64,000 nt of DNA from an uncultured Caulobacterales bacterium (GTDB lineage: Bacteria > Pseudomonadota > Alphaproteobacteria > Caulobacterales > Parvularculaceae): the NCBI GenBank assembly GCA_964556115.1, contig CAZKVC010000007.1:3207-67206 (forward strand). Reading direction: 5' to 3'. Position 1 is the stretch's first letter. Each line of letters starts with the position of its first letter. Under the pieces are notes generated by a model that was not told the origin of the DNA, searched no databases, and saw only the letters and a list, made by a program, of their open reading frames with translations. Below, piece by piece: positions 10,176 to 19,327 of the stretch. A program made the translations under genes and the position numbers.

Positions 10176-11747
10176 ATGAGCCAAGACAACGACGTCCACA
10201 AACAGGACGCCGCCCCCACCGAGACGCAAGCTGCCGAGGCGCCCGAAGCCCGGGCGGATAAAGCTCCGGCTGACGAGGCGAAAGCCGAAGCAACCGAGGG
10301 CGAAAAGGTCGCTGCGGATGAGGAAGTGGCGATCAAATTCGCCGATCTCGGCCTCGACGACAAGCTTCTCAAGGGCATTCACGACGCTGGCTACGACACG
10401 CCGACACCGATCCAGGCCAAGGCCATCCCCGAGGCGCTGAAGGGTCGCGATGTCCTCGGCATTGCCCAGACCGGCACCGGCAAGACCGCCGCCTTCGTCA
10501 TACCGATGATCCATCGGCTGACCAAGGGCCGTGCCCGTGCGCGCATGCCCCGGACGCTGATCCTCGCCCCGACTCGGGAGCTGGCGGCCCAGGTCTCCGA
10601 GAGCTTCGAGAAGTACGGCAAATATCACAAGCTCTCCATGGCCCTTCTGATCGGCGGGGTGAGTTTCAAGGACCAGGAGATTGCTCTCACGCGCGGTGTC
10701 GATGTCCTGATCGCGACGCCTGGGCGGCTGATCGACCATTTCGAACGCGGCAAACTGCTTCTGACCGGTGTCGAGGTCATGGTCGTCGATGAGGCGGACC
10801 GGATGCTCGACATGGGTTTCATCCCGGACATCGAGAAGATCTTCAACATGACGCCCTTCACCCGGCAGACGCTGTTCTTCTCGGCCACCATGCCGCCGGA
10901 GATCACCCGCCTGACGCAACAGTTCCTCTCCGCGCCCGCGCGGATCGAGGCCTCCCGGCCGGCCCAGACGGCCGAGACGATTACCCAGAAGATCGTCCGG
11001 CTGCCCAGAGGCGACGATCGGCTGAAGCGCGCGACCCTGCGGCAGATCATCGACGAGGCGGAAGGCCTGCAGAACGGCATCATCTTCTGCAACCGCAAGA
11101 AGAACGTCGATATCGTCGCCAAATCCCTGCAGAAGCACGGCTATGACGCGCGGCCGATCCATGGCGACCTGGCCCAGTCCTTCCGCATGGAAACCCTGCA
11201 GAAGTTCCGCGACGGCGACCTCAAGCTGCTGGTCGCCTCCGACGTCGCGGCGCGGGGGCTCGACATCCCCGAGGTGAGCCACGTCTTCAATTTCGCCGTC
11301 CCCATCCATGCGGATGATTACGTCCACCGCATTGGCCGTACGGGCCGTGCCGGGCGCAAGGGCACGGCGGTGATGATGGTCACCCCCTCCGACGACAAGG
11401 CTCTGGGCGCGGTCCTCAAGACCACCAACATGACCGCCATCGAAGAGGTCGACATGAAGTCCTTCTTCGACAGCTACAAGGACGAGGGCGACGAACGCCC
11501 GCGTCGCGGACGCAGCGGCGGCACCACCAGCAGTGGCGGCCGGGGTTCGAGCGCCGGCGGTTCGGCCTCCGATACCCGAAGTGAACGGCCCGCTCGTCAG
11601 GAGCAGGGCGACCGTCCCGAACGCTCGGACCGCGGCGGACGCAGCCGGAACGGTCGAGGCCGCCGCGACGAAGTCGCTGCCATGAGCCACCCCGACACCG
11701 TCAAGGGCTTCGGCGACCACGTGCCGGACTTCATCAAGGTGGCTTGA
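10176..11747 (+). CDS. rhlE: DEAD-box ATP-dependent RNA helicase with Arg/Gly/Ser-rich C-terminal tail
   Basis: AQTGTGKTAAF (Walker A), PTRELA, VVDEADRM (DEAD), SAT, HRIGRTGRAG. Start trimmed to MSQDND; the track starts at 10152. Confidence 0.9.
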   Translation: MSQDNDVHKQDAAPTETQAAEAPEARADKAPADEAKAEATEGEKVAADEEVAIKFADLGLDDKLLKGIHDAGYDTPTPIQAKAIPEALKGRDVLGIAQTGTGKTAAFVIPMIHRLTKGRARARMPRTLILAPTRELAAQVSESFEKYGKYHKLSMALLIGGVSFKDQEIALTRGVDVLIATPGRLIDHFERGKLLLTGVEVMVVDEADRMLDMGFIPDIEKIFNMTPFTRQTLFFSATMPPEITRLTQQFLSAPARIEASRPAQTAETITQKIVRLPRGDDRLKRATLRQIIDEAEGLQNGIIFCNRKKNVDIVAKSLQKHGYDARPIHGDLAQSFRMETLQKFRDGDLKLLVASDVAARGLDIPEVSHVFNFAVPIHADDYVHRIGRTGRAGRKGTAVMMVTPSDDKALGAVLKTTNMTAIEEVDMKSFFDSYKDEGDERPRRGRSGGTTSSGGRGSSAGGSASDTRSERPARQEQGDRPERSDRGGRSRNGRGRRDEVAAMSHPDTVKGFGDHVPDFIKVA

Positions 11748-11798
11748 GGAGACGCGCGGCACGTCTCTCCTCCCTCCGGCTCGGGCAGGGATGCCTTT

Positions 11799-12131
11799 AT
11801 GACACCATGGACCGCTTCCGCTTCCCGCCGGGGTGATCTGGCGGCGTTGCTGCGCCCTGAACTCTTCCGGGCGCTGTCAGAGCCCATGCGTGTTTCCCTG
11901 CTTGCCGTTCTTGCACAGGCGGAGAGCCCCCAGACCGTGGGGCAGCTTGCCGAAAGTTGCGACATCGACCCTTCCGGTGTGTCCCGCCACCTCAAGACAC
12001 TGCGCGAGGCTGGCCTTCTCGATGCCAGGCGGTCCGGGCGGGAGGTCCGCTATGCCGTGCGCCTCGATGCCCTGACGGATGAACTTCGCGCGCTGGCCGA
12101 CGCCATCGACGCCTGCTGCCCGCCCTCCTGA
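11799..12131 (+). CDS. ArsR/SmtB family metalloregulator
   Basis: LFRALSEPMRVSLLAVLA...VGQLAESCDIDPSGVSRHLKTLREAGLL wHTH typical of ArsR. Confidence 0.8.
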   Translation: MTPWTASASRRGDLAALLRPELFRALSEPMRVSLLAVLAQAESPQTVGQLAESCDIDPSGVSRHLKTLREAGLLDARRSGREVRYAVRLDALTDELRALADAIDACCPPS

Positions 12132-12193
12132 CATATCGATTGCATTTCTGCGCATAGATGCATATGTTCGTCTTCTGAAAGAAGGAGGCTGAC

Positions 12194-12616
12194 ATGAAGC
12201 GCCTGCATGTCCACATCAACGTTCCCGCCGAGCGGTTCGCCGAGACCGAAACATTCTACCGCCACATGCTGGGCGCCGAAGCGAGCAAGACCAAACCTGG
12301 CTACAGCAAGTGGCTGATCGACGCCCCGGCGATCAATCTGGTGATCGAGGCGACGGAGGCTGAGGCTTCGGTCGGCGTCCACCATCTGGGGCTGCAGGTA
12401 GACGAAACCGAAGAGCTGGCCGCGATCGAACGGCGGACGCAGGCGGCAGGCCTCCCCTTCCTCAAGATCGGAGAGACGGCCTGCTGCTATGCGGCATCGG
12501 AAAAAAGCTGGACCGCCGATCCCGTCGGTGTGCGTTGGGAACTCTTCAGGTCCTTCGCCGACGTCGAGACCTACGGAGAGAAGACCGCCGCGGAAAAGGT
12601 GCACTACACAGGCTGA
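12194..12616 (+). CDS. ArsI/CadI family glyoxalase-fold metalloenzyme
   Basis: MKRLHVHINV, KPGYSKW, HHLGLQV, vicinal Cys in GETACCYA, and DPVGVRWELF closely follow the CadI/ArsI pattern. Confidence 0.75.
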   Translation: MKRLHVHINVPAERFAETETFYRHMLGAEASKTKPGYSKWLIDAPAINLVIEATEAEASVGVHHLGLQVDETEELAAIERRTQAAGLPFLKIGETACCYAASEKSWTADPVGVRWELFRSFADVETYGEKTAAEKVHYTG

Positions 12617-12671
12617 CATGCCCTGCGCAGGGCGCTGGCGGGGCTTTCGGTTCCGTGGTTAGCGTCGCTGG

Positions 12672-13400
12672 ATGGCAGCTTCCTACGCGCCCTATCTTCC
12701 CCAGAATGAACCCCTCGGGATCGCGGAGGGCATCTGGACGGTGGATGGTCCCGTTACCGGCTACGGCGTGGCGGGAGTAGATCTGCCATGCCCCACGCGG
12801 ATGACCGTTCTTCAGACCGGGTCCGGGCTTGCCCTTCATTCACCGACGGCCTTTTCAGGTGAGCTGGCTGGCAAGATCGGCAATCTCGGCGAGATCGCTT
12901 TCATCATTGCACCGAACAGCTTTCACTACGCCCATGTGCACCACTGGTCGGAGCACCTGCCGGAGGCCGTCGTCCTTGCGCCCTCTCCCATGCCGGACAA
13001 GGCGCGCCTGCCTCAGCGGACGAGGCCGCTCGGTCCGGGACCCTTGGGAATGGATGTGGACGTTCACCTCGTGAACGGAGGCAGGTGGGTGGAAGCCGCC
13101 CTTTATCACCGCCCCTCGGGCACGCTGGTGCTCACCGACCTTCTTCAGAACTTCGAACCAGGGCGTATCCAAGGGATGGTTGCACGCGCCATGCTGGTGA
13201 TCGGCGGTGCAACAGGCAATCCGCCCAGGGCCTCGATCGACATGCGCCTGGCGGCCCTGATGGCCGGCCACCGAAAAAGGGTCCGCCGTGACCTGTCCGC
13301 CCTGCGCGCGCTCGATCCGGAACGGGTGCTGATCGCCCATGGTCGCCAGCCGGAAGGCGAAACCGCCCTTCTGCTCGAGCGCGGCTTCGCCTGGGCCTGA
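12672..13400 (+). CDS. DUF4336 family protein
   Basis: GIWTVDGP...RMTVLQTGSGLALHSPTAF...IAFIIAPNSFHYAHVHHW matches my recollection of DUF4336. Function unknown. Confidence 0.55.
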   Translation: MAASYAPYLPQNEPLGIAEGIWTVDGPVTGYGVAGVDLPCPTRMTVLQTGSGLALHSPTAFSGELAGKIGNLGEIAFIIAPNSFHYAHVHHWSEHLPEAVVLAPSPMPDKARLPQRTRPLGPGPLGMDVDVHLVNGGRWVEAALYHRPSGTLVLTDLLQNFEPGRIQGMVARAMLVIGGATGNPPRASIDMRLAALMAGHRKRVRRDLSALRALDPERVLIAHGRQPEGETALLLERGFAWA

Positions 13401-13404
13401 TCGG

Positions 13405-13935
13405 TCAGTCGGCCTTGCGCACCGCCTCAATGATCGTTTCGAAGGCAGGACGGCTTCGGTAGCTCTTCTCGTTCTGCGCGTAGTCCTCTTCGTAGAGCTT
13501 CGCTTCGACGACACCGGCCTCGTCGACGACGAAGACCGCCGGATGGGGCACGCCGTAGGCGCGGCTGCCTGGGCGGTAGGTCTCGTTGAGAAGACCGAAG
13601 GCCGTGATGAGCTTCGAGCCTTCATCAGCGACGAACCGCACATCGAGGTCGTGCTCCCCCGCGAAGGCGGCCTGCACCTTCGGGCTGTCATAGCTGACGA
13701 TCACGAGGGGCCGGCCTTCATTGGCGAAGGCCGCGGCCTGGGCGCCGAGCTCGATCACCTGGGCCTTGCAGTAAGGGCACCAGTCCACCGAACGGACAAA
13801 GGCGATGGTCGCGCCGTCCTCTCCCATGGCGCCCTCGAAGCGCTGGGTCTCGGGGATCGCCTCGCCCACCGGGGGGCCGAGTTCGGCGGTCATCAGGACA
13901 AGGCTGAGAAGAGCTGCGAGCATTGGACGTTCCAT
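13405..13935 (-). CDS. Secreted thioredoxin-fold redoxin (AhpC/TSA-like)
   Basis: N-terminal hydrophobic signal MLAALLSLVLMTA and a WCPYC CxxC motif. Confidence 0.7.
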   Translation of the reverse strand: MERPMLAALLSLVLMTAELGPPVGEAIPETQRFEGAMGEDGATIAFVRSVDWCPYCKAQVIELGAQAAAFANEGRPLVIVSYDSPKVQAAFAGEHDLDVRFVADEGSKLITAFGLLNETYRPGSRAYGVPHPAVFVVDEAGVVEAKLYEEDYAQNEKSYRSRPAFETIIEAVRKAD

Positions 13936-13976
13936 GTTTGACCTCAGCGCTTCTTTCGCCGGGTTCGGCGGATCGG

Positions 13977-14882
13977 TTACGCGCCGGAAGCGAGAAAGTC
14001 CGCCAGCGCGCCAGCGTTCTCGAATGCGGTCCAGGCGGTCTGGTTGCGGAACCAGGTCATCTGGCGCTTGGCAAAGCGGCGGGTCTCCTGCCGGGCAGCG
14101 GCCGCGGCTTCCTCGAGGCTCGCCCGGCCTTCGATCACGTCGCGCAACTCAGGCACGCCCAGCGCCTTCATCACCGGGAGCGAAGGCGAAAGCCTTCGCC
14201 GCAGAAGCGTCCTGACTTCTTCGAGCGCGCCTTCGGCGAGCATCCCTTCGAAGCGGGCCTCGCACCGGGCATAGAGGGTTTCGCGTTCGGGAATGAGGAG
14301 GGCAGCGCGGTAGCCCTCGAGGATCGGCCTTTTCGGCGCCTCCTGCCATGACGACAGGGATCGCCCCGTTGCCTCCAGCACCGAGGCGGCGCGGATGTGG
14401 CGCTGGCGGTCTGCAGGCATGAGCGATGCGGCCCCAGGGTCGCGCGCGACCAGCCTCCCGCGAAAGCCCCCGGGGTCCGCGTCCCATTCTGCGGAAAGCC
14501 TGTCCGTTGTGTCCGATAGGATTTCAGGGATCGGCGAGAGCCCTTCGGTCAACGCCTTCAGGTAAAGCCCGGTGCCCCCGCAGATGATGGGGGTCGTTCC
14601 AGCCTGCGCGGCGTCGGTCAGGGCCAGTTTGATATCGGATGCGAAACGGCCAGCGGAATAGCGCTCGCTTCCGTCCACGTGACCATAGAGCCGATGGGGC
14701 GCCCGCGCCTCGTCCGCCTCGCTCGGCCGGGCGGTGACGATCCGCAGATCGCGGTAGACCTGCATTGAGTCGGCGCACAGGATCACCCCGCCTGTCCGCT
14801 CGGCCAGGCGGATCGCGGCTTCGGATTTTCCCGAAGCAGTGGGGCCGGCGATGATCAGCGCCTTGGCATCTTGCGGGGTCAC
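13977..14882 (-). CDS. miaA: tRNA dimethylallyltransferase
   Basis: GPTASGKS P-loop, [27 protein letters not shown]. Confidence 0.9.
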   Translation of the reverse strand: MTPQDAKALIIAGPTASGKSEAAIRLAERTGGVILCADSMQVYRDLRIVTARPSEADEARAPHRLYGHVDGSERYSAGRFASDIKLALTDAAQAGTTPIICGGTGLYLKALTEGLSPIPEILSDTTDRLSAEWDADPGGFRGRLVARDPGAASLMPADRQRHIRAASVLEATGRSLSSWQEAPKRPILEGYRAALLIPERETLYARCEARFEGMLAEGALEEVRTLLRRRLSPSLPVMKALGVPELRDVIEGRASLEEAAAAARQETRRFAKRQMTWFRNQTAWTAFENAGALADFLASGA

Positions 14883-14918
14883 CCGCCGGGCCCTAGCTCA
14901 GTTCAAACGGAGATTTCC

Positions 14919-15251
<333 letters not shown>

Positions 15252-15269
15252 CCTTCGACTGAGAAGCAC

Positions 15270-16370
15270 TTAAGAGGCCCGGCCAAGGCAGCGAGAGATC
15301 AATGCTTTGGCCTCAACGGCAACGCGTTCAACGGCCGCTGAGGCTCCGGCTTGAGCCTCAGCGGCCCCTGCCCGGTTGGCAGCGGCCTGTTCCAGCGCCG
15401 AAATGAGCGCCTGCTTCGTCCAGTCTCTCGTGTCAGCCGCGATACCGCGCAGCCCGATCACCTCGAAGTGGCGGGCAATCTTGTTCTCGGCGATCGGCAG
15501 GAGGCAGGCGGGCGCAGCGCCTTCTGTGACTGCGAGGATCAGGACGTGTAGCCTGTCTGAAACAACCAGGGCGCATGTCGCGTAGATATTCCGAACCGCT
15601 TGCTCCTGCTCGAGGTGGGTCTGCCCTTCCCACACAACGGCCCGGCAACCGAGCCGTTTTGCGGCAGCCTCCGCATGATCGTTGTCGATCCTCACTTGGG
15701 AAATGGCCACGGGCTCGAGCCGTGCTCCCTCGCAGAACTCCTCGACGGCTTCGAACCAGGTTTCGTCCGGGAAGGCGCGTTCGCCCCGAAGCGAGATACC
15801 CAGGAAACGGCGTTGGCCTCCATGGCCCGAGGCCGGAAGGGCGAACGCCCAGTCAGGCATCAGCTTTCCGCAACCGAACCAATCCTTCGAACCGGTGTCG
15901 CGCCAGGCGAGCATGTCGGTGGGAAGGGCGAAGAGCCTCAAGATGGCTCGTTGGCGCAGGTCGGGGCGGTCCTGAATTCCTGACCCGAGGTTCAGAACGA
16001 GCCCCCCGGTACGGCGGACGTCAAGTGCCGTACGAAGCCTTGAGGTCCACCAGCGGCCGAAGCGGTGGGTACCCTTGAAAGCCCCGGGCTTGTCGAGAAG
16101 AACCACGCGGCCCCGCCTGCAGTAGGCGTCGAGGGCGTCGGTGAAACCGGCTTCATCTCGATAGACGACGTCTTGCGGCCTCAGAGCCAAAGCCGCGACA
16201 TAGTCGACCGAGTGATCCTTGACGTAGACATGGTAGGGCGCGTCCGTTGCGAGAAGCGAAAGCTGCGCTCGCCTCAGCGCCGTGTCGCCAAGATTGAAAT
16301 CCTGGCCCGTCATCCTCGTGAAGATGGTCATACGAACCTGCTGCGGTCCCCTTTTGCGGGCCAGCGACAC
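15270..16370 (-). CDS. Polysaccharide pyruvyl transferase family protein
   Basis: FNLGDTAL near the N-terminus and VVSDRLHVLILAV near the C-terminus resemble PS_pyruv_trans. The start may be the internal MTIFTR. Confidence 0.6.
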   Translation of the reverse strand: MSLARKRGPQQVRMTIFTRMTGQDFNLGDTALRRAQLSLLATDAPYHVYVKDHSVDYVAALALRPQDVVYRDEAGFTDALDAYCRRGRVVLLDKPGAFKGTHRFGRWWTSRLRTALDVRRTGGLVLNLGSGIQDRPDLRQRAILRLFALPTDMLAWRDTGSKDWFGCGKLMPDWAFALPASGHGGQRRFLGISLRGERAFPDETWFEAVEEFCEGARLEPVAISQVRIDNDHAEAAAKRLGCRAVVWEGQTHLEQEQAVRNIYATCALVVSDRLHVLILAVTEGAAPACLLPIAENKIARHFEVIGLRGIAADTRDWTKQALISALEQAAANRAGAAEAQAGASAAVERVAVEAKALISRCLGRAS

Positions 16371-16500
16371 TAGCCCTGCTTCCAGGGGCGGTGGCTAGAA
16401 CTTTCACGGCTTCGCGCTATGCTCTCACTCGTGCCTGAGGGTTCCAGGGTATTCCTGCGCTTGCAGGCAGGCGAAGCGCCGTCATTCTTGGCAGGGTGGG

Positions 16501-17556
16501 TCAATCGCCTATTCTGAAAACCACCGCAGCCCCTACGCCTATCCGCTCGGTCGGCTCACCGTTGATGGTGGCAGGCTGGTAGCGCCATCGCTCAACAGCA
16601 TCGATCACATAGGGGTCAAAGCACGGGTCGTCGCTCTCGAGGACTTGTACATCTGACACACTTCCGTCGGCGGCGATGTCGATACCAATCCTCACCCGAA
16701 CCTCTCTGGGAAGTTCTCTCTGCGGATAGCGGGATGGCAAGATGCATCGATTAAAGTTGCGGGGGTTGGTCCGTCTTTGCGGCTGAGAGTCGCTGAAGAT
16801 CTGGTCGGAGGCCGAGTTGAAAGCCAATCCCCGCTCTCGGCGTTCATCGCGGGAAGCACCCCTTTCTTCGGCCGCTAGAAGCCATGACTGCTCATCTTGG
16901 ATGATTTCTGCAAAGAAGGCGTCGGTCTCGAAGGTGGCAAGGACCTGGTGGGCCTCCTGATAGCGACCCTCCGTAAGAAGAAGAACGTAACGTAGCCTCT
17001 TCTCAAGCGAAGAGTCGCCGTCCTCGTTGGTAGTCCCGATGATTTCGAGGGCGCGATCGAGTTCGCCTTGAGCGGCATGAAATTCTGCCTTGTAAAGGTC
17101 GGCGCTACCCGCAAAAGAGAAGTCATCAGGGTATTCTTCCGCTAGCTGATACGCCTCTTCATAAAGGCTTGCAGCGGTGAATTGCTTGAAGGCGCCCTGA
17201 ACCAGATCGTCATATCTGGAAGCGTCGCGTGGCATAAGCGCGAGGGCGCTATGAAAGTCGGAAACGCAATGGTCTCTATTTTTGGACGTGACCAGACACT
17301 TTTCACCGCGGATTTGGTACGCGATTGCACGGTCGAAATCGGACCTACCTTCGTCGGCAATAATGGAATCCAGAATTTCCATCATTCTTTCGGCCTTCTG
17401 TAGGTCGTCGGCCCCTCTGATACGCTGCATCCGTCGCAATTTGCTTTGCGTGTGCTCGTCGAGATCGTAGATTTTCTTACCGGGAACGGGAGCCGAAGCT
17501 GCACTCAAACAGATGGCGGCGCTCAAGGCGCAGGCTAGCAATGCCAATGGTTTCAT
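16501..17556 (-). CDS. Secreted helical-repeat (TPR-like) protein with TonB C-terminal domain
   Basis: Signal peptide MKPLALLACALSAAICLSAASA. C-terminus RVRIGIDIAADGSVSDVQVLESDD...AVERWRYQPATINGEP resembles TonB_C. AT-richer than the surroundings. Confidence 0.6.
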   Translation of the reverse strand: MKPLALLACALSAAICLSAASAPVPGKKIYDLDEHTQSKLRRMQRIRGADDLQKAERMMEILDSIIADEGRSDFDRAIAYQIRGEKCLVTSKNRDHCVSDFHSALALMPRDASRYDDLVQGAFKQFTAASLYEEAYQLAEEYPDDFSFAGSADLYKAEFHAAQGELDRALEIIGTTNEDGDSSLEKRLRYVLLLTEGRYQEAHQVLATFETDAFFAEIIQDEQSWLLAAEERGASRDERRERGLAFNSASDQIFSDSQPQRRTNPRNFNRCILPSRYPQRELPREVRVRIGIDIAADGSVSDVQVLESDDPCFDPYVIDAVERWRYQPATINGEPTERIGVGAAVVFRIGD

Positions 17557-17660
17557 GGATTTGCCCCTTTTCCGAAGCATAAGGGCGGGCTGCTGAGATG
17601 CGCAAGCTGATGAGACAGTCGGGCTTCAACGGTGAACCCGAGATGCTCTTTGCCACTCCA

Positions 17661-17689
17661 AGCAAAAAGCCGCCCCTCGGGACGGCTTC
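17661..17689 (-). terminator. Rho-independent terminator after the VPLPA-CTERM gene
   Basis: On the minus strand, AAGCCGTCCCGAGGGGCGGCTT hairpin followed by TTTTGCTT. Confidence 0.5.
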
Positions 17690-17713
17690 TCCATTGGCCC
17701 AAGCCGGTCGCGC

Positions 17714-18412
17714 TCAGGTGGTTTTTCGGTTCATTCGCCTAAGGGCGATGAAGCCTGCTGGAAAGAGGAGGGCCGCTGCGGGGAGCGGGACTTCGTTTTC
17801 CGGCGTGTCGATGAGCTGGGCGAATTCCGTGAAGCGGTACTGGACCAAGGCGTCGGGGCCATCGTTCCGGTCACGGAAGAAGATGCTGTAATTGTTCGCG
17901 GCCGCAAGATCGATGGTGGCCGGCAGGCTGGGGTCGATCGGCTGGCCGGTGAAGGGTTCGCGGAAATTCAGCCTGAAGAGAAAATCGTCATAGTCGTCCG
18001 TCCCGGTCACCGGGCTGCCTTCGGAGAGGTCGACGCTGGCTGCGCGGATGAAGATATTGGTGACGTAGGTCTCAACGCTGCTGATGGTGCTGACCGTGTT
18101 GACGACCTGGATCTCGTAGTCCCAGCCCGCCGGGACCATGAGCTGGTCGAGGGTGAGGGAGCCGGTGGAGTAATAAGCCCGCTGGCCCGATGAGGTGTCG
18201 ATGACTGTATCGGCCGGTGTGGCCGGATCATAGGTCAGGCTGCCGGTGATGGTCGAGAAGGCCTGGGCTTGTGCCGCGAAGGTGCCCGTGTCCGGCGTGC
18301 CGCTGCTCAACCCGGTGTCCTGGACGGCCGCGAAGTTGAAGGTCACTGGCGCAGCGTCGGCAGCGCCGAGCGAAACTGCCGCGACAGCCGCCCATGCGAA
18401 TTGGTGTTTCAT
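17714..18412 (-). CDS. Secreted protein with VPLPA-CTERM (PEP-CTERM-like) sorting signal
   Basis: Signal peptide MKHQFAWAAVAAVSLGAADA. The extreme C-terminus is VPLPAAALLFPAGFIALRRMNRKTT: motif, TM helix, basic tail. Confidence 0.65.
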   Translation of the reverse strand: MKHQFAWAAVAAVSLGAADAAPVTFNFAAVQDTGLSSGTPDTGTFAAQAQAFSTITGSLTYDPATPADTVIDTSSGQRAYYSTGSLTLDQLMVPAGWDYEIQVVNTVSTISSVETYVTNIFIRAASVDLSEGSPVTGTDDYDDFLFRLNFREPFTGQPIDPSLPATIDLAAANNYSIFFRDRNDGPDALVQYRFTEFAQLIDTPENEVPLPAAALLFPAGFIALRRMNRKTT

Positions 18413-18510
18413 CTGTTTCCCCTTGCCCGGCCATCGCCGGGACGTTCCCAAGAATGAAGAAGCGCCTAACACAACAAACGAGAAACGAGAAATGTTCTTA
18501 TCATAAGGTA

Positions 18511-18548
18511 AACAAAAAGCCCGGCACGAAAGGCCGGGCTTTTCTTCG
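18511..18548 (-). terminator. Rho-independent terminator after rpsD
   Basis: AGCCCGGC-loop-GCCGGGCT hairpin. On the minus strand it is followed by TTTTTGTTT. Confidence 0.6.
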
Positions 18549-18568
18549 TTCTGGCTTCGAAAGAAGGC

Positions 18569-19186
18569 TTACGAAGCGTAGTATTCGACGACCAGGTTAG
18601 GCTCCATCGTGCCGGCATAGGGCACTTCGGAGAACTCCGGGATACGGACATAGGTCGCGGTCATCTTCTTGGGATCGACATCGACGTAATCGGGGATGTC
18701 GCGCTCGGCGAGCTGGAGCGCTTCGAGCACCAGCGCCATGTTCTTGGACTTCTCGCGAATTTCCACGACATCGCCCGGCTTCACACGGTAGCTGGGAATG
18801 TTGGTCCGGCGTCCATTGACCAGGACATGGCCGTGGTTGACGAACTGGCGCGCCGCGAAGACCGTCGGCACGAATTTCGCGCGGTAGACGATGGCGTCGA
18901 GGCGGCTTTCGAGAAGGCCGATCAGGTTTTCGGCGGTGTTGCCCTTCTGACGGGCGGCTTCGACGTAGATCTTCGAGAACTGCTTCTCGGAGATGTTGCC
19001 GTAATAGCCCTTGAGCTTCTGCTTCGCCATCAACTGCTGGCCGAAGTCCGAAAGCTTACCCTGACGGCGCTGGCCATGCATGCCGGGCTTGTAGTCGCGG
19101 CGGTTGATGGGAGATTTGGGGCGACCCCAGATGTTTTCACCGACACGGCGGTCGATTTTGTACTTGGCGGAGATCCGCTTGGACAT
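18569..19186 (-). CDS. rpsD: 30S ribosomal protein S4
   Basis: [26 protein letters not shown]... and the S4 domain [34 protein letters not shown]. Confidence 0.95.
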   Translation of the reverse strand: MSKRISAKYKIDRRVGENIWGRPKSPINRRDYKPGMHGQRRQGKLSDFGQQLMAKQKLKGYYGNISEKQFSKIYVEAARQKGNTAENLIGLLESRLDAIVYRAKFVPTVFAARQFVNHGHVLVNGRRTNIPSYRVKPGDVVEIREKSKNMALVLEALQLAERDIPDYVDVDPKKMTATYVRIPEFSEVPYAGTMEPNLVVEYYAS

Positions 19187-19327
19187 GATCCACTCTCATT
19201 TCGCTTCGATCCGGTCCCCCGCCCCACGCGGAAGACGATTGCAACGGCGGAATTCGAAACAGCCCGTCTTGAAGCGGAGGCCCGTAGCAGGTCAGAAGGG
19301 ACCGTCAAGACCGTTGGAGGGTAGGGC

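Noticed and set aside
9732-11762. 676-aa minus-strand ORF covering the helicase region
   Set aside because: It is antisense to a DEAD-box helicase that has every canonical motif. Its product is Arg/Ala/Gly/Pro-rich low complexity with no motifs, a typical high-GC shadow ORF.
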